From a bacterium (GTDB lineage Bacteria > Bacillota > Clostridia > Oscillospirales > Acutalibacteraceae), in the NCBI GenBank assembly GCA_030535285.1, contig JAUMXX010000001.1, forward strand, positions 1 to 62,075: a stretch of DNA of 62,075 nucleotides, written 5' to 3'. This document shows, piece by piece, positions 55,730 through 62,075 of this stretch. The translations under genes and the position numbers were made by a program. Each line of letters opens with the position of its first letter. Within the stretch, counting starts at the first letter, position 1. Below the pieces are notes generated by a model. It had not been told where the DNA came from. It searched no databases and was given only the letters and a program-made list of their open reading frames with translations.

Positions 55730-56587
55730 ATGCATACAAAGGGGATAAAAAATTTCGTTTACCGCATGTTATGCGGATTTCTTTTAGGCACCACCATAAT
55801 TGCTCCCGGAGTCAGCAGCAGTATTATGGCTGTTATTATGGGCATTTACAACGATTTAATCGAAATTGTGTCGGCGCCGTTTAAGAATCTTAAGAAAAAT
55901 ATTATTTATGTAATACCGCTTGGAATAGGGGCGGTTATAAGTGTACTGACACTCATCCAGGCATTTAACTGGTTATTTAAATACTATCCGGCCCCCGCAT
56001 ACATGCTTTTTATAGGGCTGATGATAGGAAGTCTGCCAACCGTGTTTAAAGAAGCCCTGGTAGACGGTTTTAAAAAACGTTACATAATCGGTCTGTTGGT
56101 TGCCTTTGCAATCGCATTAACAGTTGGAATGTTAGGTAAATACGGTGTTTCCTTTACCGAAAACACCTCAAGTTTATGGTATTTTTCACTCTCGGGCACA
56201 ATTGCCGGTATGTCAAGCATGGTTCCCGGAATGAGTATTTCGATGATCTTAATGCTGCTTGGTGTTTATAGAGATATGCTTGATGCCACCGCCGCCTTCG
56301 ACATTTTAAGAATGGCTCCGGTAGTCATTTGTTTTGCCATTGGTATGATACTTTTTTCAAACATTACAAAACGGGTTTTCAAAAGATACCACGGGTTTGG
56401 ATACTTTATGGTAATAGGTTTTATGAGTGGTTCGATTATAGGTGTTTTCCTCTCAATTCCCAATATCGAAAGTCACATTGTTATATCTGTTTTGACCCTG
56501 CTGTCAGGATTGTTTGTCTCATTTTTCTTCCAGTGGCTCGGAAAAAGACTCAATGTGTCCGACAAGACCGTATCGACGCAAAATTGA
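55730..56587 (+). CDS. DUF368 family membrane protein (PopT-type candidate undecaprenyl-phosphate translocase)
   Basis: GTTIIAPGVSSSIMAVIMGIY and a second SMVPGMSISMILMLLGVY repeat give the DUF368 internal duplication. The ATG at 55730 follows GGGAGAG. Confidence 0.78.
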   Translation: MHTKGIKNFVYRMLCGFLLGTTIIAPGVSSSIMAVIMGIYNDLIEIVSAPFKNLKKNIIYVIPLGIGAVISVLTLIQAFNWLFKYYPAPAYMLFIGLMIGSLPTVFKEALVDGFKKRYIIGLLVAFAIALTVGMLGKYGVSFTENTSSLWYFSLSGTIAGMSSMVPGMSISMILMLLGVYRDMLDATAAFDILRMAPVVICFAIGMILFSNITKRVFKRYHGFGYFMVIGFMSGSIIGVFLSIPNIESHIVISVLTLLSGLFVSFFFQWLGKRLNVSDKTVSTQN

Positions 56588-56610
56588 TTGTCACCAGAGG
56601 GGATAATTGC

Positions 56611-57249
56611 GTGAATGATTTAAAAAAATTAAAAGCCAGAGGCAAGAAAATTGTCGAACTTTTTGAACTGGAGTACCCCGATGCAGTCTGTTCTCTAATA
56701 AGCCGAAACGCCTTTGAACTGCTGATTTCAACACGACTCTCCGCACAATGCACAGATGCGCGTGTAAATCTCGTTACCCCGGCACTTTTTGAAAAATACC
56801 CCGACGCCGAATCACTTTCTAAGGCCAAACTCGGTGATGTTGAAAAACTTATAAAAAGTTGCGGACTTTACAAAACAAAGGCTAAAGATCTAATCGGCAT
56901 CGGTAAAACACTTGTCGAAAAATTTAACGGCTGCGTGCCTGACAGTATTGAACTTTTGTTAACCCTTCCGGGAATCGGCAGAAAAACCGCCAACCTCGTT
57001 TGCGGTGACATTTTCGGTCAACCCGCCGTAGTCGCCGACACCCATTTTATAAGAATTTGTAACCGCATAGGTTTCTTATCAACCAAAAACCCGTTGACAG
57101 TTGAAAAAATAATGCGTGAGATTTTACCGCCCGACAAAAGCAACGACTTTTGTCATCGCACCGTATTGCACGGTCGGGCGATATGCAAAGCACGCAAACC
57201 CGAATGTAATAAGTGTTGTATAAACAAACTTTGTGAAAAAAATATTTAG
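56611..57249 (+). CDS. nth: endonuclease III
   Basis: It has the HhH-GPD motif LPGIGRKTANLV and a C-terminal CxxxxxxCxxCxxxxxC 4Fe-4S loop (CKARKPECNKCCINKLC). The GTG at 56611 lies 8 nt after GAGGGG. The ORF-track start at 56329 would overlap the DUF368 gene. Confidence 0.9.
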   Translation: MNDLKKLKARGKKIVELFELEYPDAVCSLISRNAFELLISTRLSAQCTDARVNLVTPALFEKYPDAESLSKAKLGDVEKLIKSCGLYKTKAKDLIGIGKTLVEKFNGCVPDSIELLLTLPGIGRKTANLVCGDIFGQPAVVADTHFIRICNRIGFLSTKNPLTVEKIMREILPPDKSNDFCHRTVLHGRAICKARKPECNKCCINKLCEKNI

Positions 57250-57318
57250 TCTGCGGACTTGCAAAAACACAGTATTCCTCCCATAAAATTAGTTAAGTAT
57301 TTTTTGGGAGGAATTTTT

Positions 57319-58008
57319 ATGTTTGCCAGCATGATAATCCAACTCTTTTCTAACATGCTTTATTTTGTGTTGCATGTCACAAACGCAGGATCATTTCCAC
57401 GCCCGCTTTCTGACAAAGAAGAATCGGACTTGGTTGATAAGATGGAAGCGGGCGACGATAACGCGCGAAAAAAATTAATTGAACATAATCTGCGACTCGT
57501 TGCTCACATATCAAAAAAATATTATAACGGTCAGGTGGACCAGGATGATTTGATTTCAATAGGTACAATAGGACTTATAAAGGCAATTTCAACCTACAAC
57601 AAAGGCAAAGGAATTAAGCTTGCAACCTATTCAGCGCGCTGTATTGAAAATGAAATACTTATGTATTTCCGCAACATAAAAAAATATTCTCAGGACGTTT
57701 TTATAAACGATACCATAGATACCGACAAAGACGGGAACAGCCTTACTCTGCTTGACGTGATTTCCGATGATATAAATATTATTGATGATATTGACCTGAA
57801 AATCAAACTTGAAAACCTTGAAAGATACATGGCACAAGTGCTTTCGGAACGTGAGAAAACCGTCTTGATCCTGCGGTACGGACTCTACAATCAAGCCGAG
57901 ACCACCCAGCGCGATGTAGCCAAGCGCCTGAATATTTCCCGTTCATATGTCTCAAGAATTGAAAAAAAAGCACTGTCAAAACTGCGTCATTGCTTTGAAA
58001 GTTGTTAA
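57319..58008 (+). CDS. sigK: sporulation sigma factor SigK, pro-protein form, uninterrupted
   Basis: The N-terminus YFVLHVTNAGSFPRPLS...IEHNLRLVAHISKKY parallels B. subtilis pro-sigma-K (YVKNNAFPQPLS...IEHNLRLVAHIVKKF). Regions 2-4 are contiguous. The ATG at 57319 follows GGGAGG. Confidence 0.88.
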   Translation: MFASMIIQLFSNMLYFVLHVTNAGSFPRPLSDKEESDLVDKMEAGDDNARKKLIEHNLRLVAHISKKYYNGQVDQDDLISIGTIGLIKAISTYNKGKGIKLATYSARCIENEILMYFRNIKKYSQDVFINDTIDTDKDGNSLTLLDVISDDINIIDDIDLKIKLENLERYMAQVLSEREKTVLILRYGLYNQAETTQRDVAKRLNISRSYVSRIEKKALSKLRHCFESC

Positions 58009-58997
58009 TTACCGGGGTTCTTTAATTTACCGTCAGACACCTTGCAATCTTTATAATACCACTGCAATATCTCCTCAAATCCGCTTCCTTGCATAGCCAT
58101 ATAATTTGCACCGTACTGACTCATTCCAACCCCATGTCCATAACCTTTAACCACGAAAACCAGCCTGTCACTTTTAACACTGACCGAAAAGTTTGCAGAC
58201 CGCAATGAAAACCCTGTGCGGATCTCACTCCCGGTGACCGTCTTGTCCCCAAACTGACAACTCAATACCGTTCCCGTGTTACTTGTTTTGATATTGGAAA
58301 TGTATTTTGACACATCGTCACCCAATTTGGCTCCCAATGTCTTTGCCACAGCTTCAACCTGCCCCTTTTCGAAGGATACCTCACTTAGATAATCCGGACA
58401 CAGCAGATCCCCCGCGCTCTCCACTCCGACAAGATACGGGTAGTCGCCGCCCCATACATTCTTGGCAGACTCTGTTTTGCCCGATGAGATAGCATGGTAG
58501 GCGGCTAAAATCGGCTCATCATTATTGGTGACGGTTTTGCCCTTCACAGAACTGATAATTGCCTGCAACTTTGCCTCATTCTTCTCACTGTCACCACCCC
58601 ACTTTTCCTTCCGCTTTTGAGGATTTATATACCCCTGATCCTTGGTTGAATCATCGGTTATATCGTACTCTGATCGGTTTTTAACCCGCCCGATTCTCTT
58701 CCTGACTGCATATGTGTATGCTGCTACCGCTTGTGCCTTTAAAGCCTCATCGTTATATGTAATCGGCATTTCACAGGCAACCACCCCGATAACATACTCG
58801 TCGGCAGTTATTTCAACCACTTCCCCCGTATCACTCTTTTTCATTAAAAACACATCTTGTTGCCGGTCGTCCTGATTTTCAGAAATATCCGTCGAAGGTG
58901 CTGTCTTGGATGACTTGTTCGGTAAAATATTAAGAAGCGGAATAAAAATTATTGAAAAAAACAATATTACAAACAATGTCGCATACATTGTTTTCAT
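58005..58997 (-). CDS. spoIID: stage II sporulation protein D (SpoIID/LytB lytic transglycosylase)
   Basis: It has an N-terminal anchor and SpoIID domain motifs (YVIGVVACEMP, ALKAQAVAAYTY, GYGHGVGMSQYGA). Confidence 0.88.
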   Translation of the reverse strand: MKTMYATLFVILFFSIIFIPLLNILPNKSSKTAPSTDISENQDDRQQDVFLMKKSDTGEVVEITADEYVIGVVACEMPITYNDEALKAQAVAAYTYAVRKRIGRVKNRSEYDITDDSTKDQGYINPQKRKEKWGGDSEKNEAKLQAIISSVKGKTVTNNDEPILAAYHAISSGKTESAKNVWGGDYPYLVGVESAGDLLCPDYLSEVSFEKGQVEAVAKTLGAKLGDDVSKYISNIKTSNTGTVLSCQFGDKTVTGSEIRTGFSLRSANFSVSVKSDRLVFVVKGYGHGVGMSQYGANYMAMQGSGFEEILQWYYKDCKVSDGKLKNPGN

Positions 58998-59117
58998 TAA
59001 TAAACCCTCTTTCTTGTTTTATGTTGACATTTAACCCGATTGGTTTTAATATTAATCTATAACTTGTCTAAGTATATGTTGTTGCATTATCAAGTATGTT
59101 TGATAGGAGAGAAAGAA

Positions 59118-59933
59118 TTGAAAACCTTTAGATCCTTTTTTGTATTTTCAGTGGGTACGGTTTTATTGCTGCTTCTGAGAACATGGCAGCTTTTGTTTAT
59201 GTTTGAAACTGCCACCGGGTTTTACAAGCCACAATACTCACCGGTTGGAGCGATAATCTGCGAGGCCACTTTTGTGCTTGTGCTGGCACTTATTGTCTGC
59301 TTTCCGCTTTTACAAAAGGTGCAGTTTGTCTGTCATTTTGAAAAAAGGCCCTTTATGATTGTTGCCTCACTTCTGACCTCTTTTACCTATATTTATAAAG
59401 CCTCCTGTCTTGCTTTCACCTTTGGAATCTTAAGTATTGATTTTATACTTACCCTTCTGGCCGGACTCTTCTTTTTCCTTTACGGGCTGTTTGGATTTTT
59501 AAAAATCACTATGCCGCTTGTTTTTTCTTTAGCGCCCCTGCCACTTTGGCTTTACAAACTGTTTGTTGTGTTCTTGGCGCAATCAGGCGTGTCAAGATTT
59601 ACAGAAAACGCGTATGAGATTATAACCTTATGTGTTATTTTGCTTTTCCTTTTAAACTGCGCAAAGTTTTTAAGCAATGTTGAAAAACAACACAGTCTGC
59701 GATTTCTCACAGCAACCGGTTTTTTAACCGCAACCTTATGTTTTGTTTATACTATCCCGCGGTATCTGGTTTCGGTTTTGGGCGCATCACAGTTTCTACA
59801 TCATTCGCTACAACCCGATGTAACTGTTTTGGGCACGGGGATTTTCGCCCTTGCGTTGACCTTTTATTGCCTGAGATACGGCACTAATAAACCTGCGACC
59901 GACGATTGCAATACTACCTTGACAGCCGACTGA
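59118..59933 (+). CDS. polytopic membrane protein, function unknown
   Basis: It has about 8 hydrophobic segments. The TTG at 59118 follows GGAGAGAAAGAA. The ORF track starts at 59040. Confidence 0.5.
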   Translation: MKTFRSFFVFSVGTVLLLLLRTWQLLFMFETATGFYKPQYSPVGAIICEATFVLVLALIVCFPLLQKVQFVCHFEKRPFMIVASLLTSFTYIYKASCLAFTFGILSIDFILTLLAGLFFFLYGLFGFLKITMPLVFSLAPLPLWLYKLFVVFLAQSGVSRFTENAYEIITLCVILLFLLNCAKFLSNVEKQHSLRFLTATGFLTATLCFVYTIPRYLVSVLGASQFLHHSLQPDVTVLGTGIFALALTFYCLRYGTNKPATDDCNTTLTAD

Positions 59934-60127
59934 TGCTTTTGTTTTAAAACCTCAGGGATACCGTTTTGCTCAACTTTCGGTATCTCTTTTTTAATTGTAA
60001 ACGAAACTGCGAAGGCTGCACTTCAAAATTTTAATAGCTGATTTGGGATGAGTACCAATCTATCACCCACCAAACTGCGCAAACGGGTTGTTTGGGATTG
60101 CGGTTGAGAAAGGATATAAAAGTTTGT

Positions 60128-60838
60128 ATGAAAAATATAATCGTAAACCTGTGTGAAAACTGCAAAAGTCTCGGTATTGCCCTTGATAGCAACGCGGCGG
60201 AAAGATTAGAAATTTACGCCAATCTTTTGATTGAATGGAATCAGAAGATGAATTTAACCGCAATAACCGAACCTGAAGAAATTGCCCAAAAACATTTTTT
60301 TGACTGCCTGCTGTTTATCAAACATATTGAAATAAAGAAAAATGCCAAAATCATTGATGTCGGAACCGGTGCAGGCTTTCCGGGTGTTGTGCTTAAGATC
60401 GCCCGACCGGATATTGAGTTGACCTTGTTGGATTCACTCAACAAGCGGCTTGTTTTTCTCGATGAAGTTTTACATCATACCGGACTTTCGGCACAAACAC
60501 TGCACTCACGGGCAGAAGACGGCGCCAGAACCGCTCTGCGTGAAAGTTTTGATATTTCAACGGCACGCGCGGTCGCCTCGCTTAACACACTTTGTGAATA
60601 CTGCCTGCCGTATGTAAAACCCGGCGGCATATTTGTATCAATGAAAGGACCGAATCCGAGCCGGGAAATTGAAGAATCTTTAACCTGTGTCAAACTTTTA
60701 GGCGCGAAAATCGAAAGGGTTGAAGAGTGTCGTCTCGCAACCGGTGAAGAAAGATCATTTGTTGTAATAAAAAAGATATCGCAAACTTCTTCAAAATATC
60801 CCAGAAAAGCTATAAAAATTTCAAAATTTCCGTTATAA
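60128..60838 (+). CDS. rsmG: 16S rRNA (guanine527-N7)-methyltransferase
   Basis: It has LLIEWNQKMNLTAI and DVGTGAGFPG (the SAM motif). Length is 236 aa. Confidence 0.92.
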   Translation: MKNIIVNLCENCKSLGIALDSNAAERLEIYANLLIEWNQKMNLTAITEPEEIAQKHFFDCLLFIKHIEIKKNAKIIDVGTGAGFPGVVLKIARPDIELTLLDSLNKRLVFLDEVLHHTGLSAQTLHSRAEDGARTALRESFDISTARAVASLNTLCEYCLPYVKPGGIFVSMKGPNPSREIEESLTCVKLLGAKIERVEECRLATGEERSFVVIKKISQTSSKYPRKAIKISKFPL

Positions 60839-60845
60839 TTTGTTG

Positions 60846-60875
60846 AACAGGACAAGCTTTTGTCCTGTTTTTTGT
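60846..60875 (+). terminator. intrinsic terminator after rsmG
   Basis: AACAGGACAA-gctt-TTGTCCTGTT is followed by TTTTG. Confidence 0.75.
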
Positions 60876-60886
60876 TATTGTTTTTC

Positions 60887-60915
60887 TTGAAAATTTTTCC
60901 AATTATTGTTACACT
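60887..60915 (+). promoter_or_regulatory. candidate sigma-A promoter for the ParB-like gene
   Basis: TTGAAA-17 nt-TACACT with a TG-extended -10. Confidence 0.45.
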
Positions 60916-60954
60916 TAGGATAGTCAAGGCGACGGCTTAATCAGGGAGGTTGTT

Positions 60955-61833
60955 ATGTTTTATTACAATAAAAATATCTGCAATCTGCTAAAGTTAAGTT
61001 ATATCCCAACAGAAAAAATATATTTAAACAAGTTTAAAATTCGAAAAGATTTCGACAACAACGATTTTAAACGTCTGCTTCTTAGTATTAAAAACGTCGG
61101 ATTAATTCATCCTCTGACGGTCAGAAAATTAGGTAACGGTATATATGAATTAATTGACGGAGAACAGCGGCTTCATGCAGCAACTTCGCTCGGCATAAAA
61201 CGCGTACCCTGCATAACTCTTACATCCAAGCAAAACCTTTTTGCGTTGTATTCACTTATAAGTAATGTTGAGCGAAAACAACTGTGTGCGTTTGATGAAG
61301 CCGAAGGCATAATTGAGTTAATGAACACCTACGGCTTGAATAATATTGAAATTGCAGAATTTTTGGGGATTTCAGTATTAAGCCTTATGAATAAATTAAA
61401 GATACTTAATCTAAACGCTGACCAGCGGCGCAGAATACTTGATGCGAGGCTGTCTGTAGGCCATATACATGAGGTTGCAAATCTGCCCGAAAATCTTCGT
61501 GACGAGATTTTGGATATTATTATTGCCAAACAGCTAACCGTACTCGAAACACAAGCCTTAATAAATCAACGGCTTACCAAGAAAACGGGGGAAGCAAATC
61601 AAGAGAAGCCCTTACCAAAAGAACCCTTTCGTACAAGTGCGGTTAAGGATATCCGAATTTTTATAAACAGTTTAACTAAAATTGTCAATGCCATGAAAAA
61701 TGCCGGCTTCGATGCAAGCGCCGAAAATTTTGATAACGAATGTGAACTCGAATACAAAATTACCGTAAAAAAACCTAATAAAGAAAATCCTACTGCAGCT
61801 ACCGGAACTCAACTCCGGCTTGAGCTGAACTGA
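60955..61833 (+). CDS. ParB/Spo0J/Noc-family protein, divergent paralog
   Basis: It has a ParB N-terminal domain (LIHPLTVRKLGNGIYELIDGEQRLHAA) and an HTH (NIEIAEFLGISVLSLMNKLKILNL). Length is 292 aa. Confidence 0.8.
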   Translation: MFYYNKNICNLLKLSYIPTEKIYLNKFKIRKDFDNNDFKRLLLSIKNVGLIHPLTVRKLGNGIYELIDGEQRLHAATSLGIKRVPCITLTSKQNLFALYSLISNVERKQLCAFDEAEGIIELMNTYGLNNIEIAEFLGISVLSLMNKLKILNLNADQRRRILDARLSVGHIHEVANLPENLRDEILDIIIAKQLTVLETQALINQRLTKKTGEANQEKPLPKEPFRTSAVKDIRIFINSLTKIVNAMKNAGFDASAENFDNECELEYKITVKKPNKENPTAATGTQLRLELN

Positions 61834-61865
61834 ACTTGCCCACCCATATTCATCCCCATATAAAA

Positions 61866-61900
61866 GAAAGCACCGTCCGTAATTTTCGGACGGTGCTTTC
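61866..61900. terminator. hairpin terminator between convergent genes
   Basis: A 14-bp stem pairs GAAAGCACCGTCCG with CGGACGGTGCTTTC. The U-run (TTTTAT) is on the reverse strand only. Confidence 0.65.
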
Positions 61901-61941
61901 GATTGTATATGATTATGTTTAGCTACAGCACTGTTTTCGCT

Positions 61942-62073
61942 TTAATAATCTACCGCGGTTTTACGCAACATTAAAAAACTATCACTTGCCGAGACCTTAA
62001 ATATGGGCCTCTTTGAATCTACCACAACAGCATAATACTCTTGGTCTGCTGTTTGTGAAACCTTATATTCATT
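61942..62073 (-). CDS. C-terminal fragment of an unidentified protein, truncated by the window edge
   Basis: An open reverse-strand frame (...NEYKVSQTADQEYYAVVVDSKRPIFKVSASDSFLMLRKTAVDY*) ends just before the terminator. It is too short for the ORF track. Confidence 0.35.
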   Translation of the reverse strand, partial: NEYKVSQTADQEYYAVVVDSKRPIFKVSASDSFLMLRKTAVDY

Positions 62074-62075
62074 TT

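Noticed and set aside
56329-56610. An N-terminal extension of the nth ORF in the six-frame track, giving 306 aa.
   Set aside because: It would overlap the last 260 nt of the DUF368 gene in another frame. Endonuclease III homology begins at the GTG at 56611, which has a GAGGGG RBS.
57319-58008. A possible skin-type intervening element or split sigK.
   Set aside because: Sigma regions 2.x through 4.2 are contiguous in one 229-aa frame, and no recombinase gene is nearby.
59934-60955. A possible replication origin or DnaA-box cluster, given the nearby rsmG and parB-like genes (and ssb-rpsR elsewhere in the window).
   Set aside because: I found no clustered TTATCCACA-like boxes or AT-rich unwinding element in the intergenic spaces, and no dnaA or dnaN gene is in the window.
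1-62075. CRISPR arrays, transposases/integrases, prophage genes, toxin-antitoxin pairs, or known defence-system genes.
   Set aside because: No regularly spaced direct repeats were seen in any intergenic region. No ORF shows DDE/serine/tyrosine recombinase, Cas, restriction-modification or abortive-infection signatures by eye. A systematic HMM scan (for example DefenseFinder or PADLOC) would be needed to exclude remote homologs.

Overview
This window looks like chromosomal DNA from a spore-forming, moderately AT-rich Firmicute of class Clostridia. The gene content and a cohesin-type surface protein suggest a Ruminococcaceae/Oscillospiraceae-like organism, but species cannot be assigned from sequence alone. 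I count about 60 protein genes, tightly packed and mostly core housekeeping. They include:
- lepA and birA
- a glycogen operon, glgB-glgC-glgD-glgA
- coaX plus an ECF S-component
- rpsF-ssb-rpsR
- pgi, and yceD-rpmF
- uvrC
- a conserved sporulation/division block: yabM-like flippase, mazG, hup, yabO/rqcP, yabP, yabQ, divIC, yabR
- the recJ-rel-dtd-MBL-hemZ operon
- recG, yloV, asp23 and ymdB
- nth, an intact pro-sigK, and spoIID
- rsmG and a ParB-like gene

I saw no transposase, integrase, CRISPR array, tRNA, prophage or recognisable defence genes.

The least explained stretch is 18.9-22.7 kb. It holds a membrane-anchored cohesin protein with four 39-aa His/Cys repeats, two small unknown proteins, and a 150-nt block of nested, perfectly paired inverted repeats. 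It also holds a stand-alone 5S rRNA gene with its own promoter and terminator.

Secondary points of interest:
- a small envelope-modification cluster (acyltransferase-3, FkbM methyltransferase, anchored unknown protein, DUF368)
- an Fe-S hydro-lyase alpha subunit with no beta partner, translationally coupled to an amidohydrolase
- a ParB paralog with a degenerate arginine (CTP) motif and no ParA gene

All functional calls come from motif and family recognition by eye. No database search was run.
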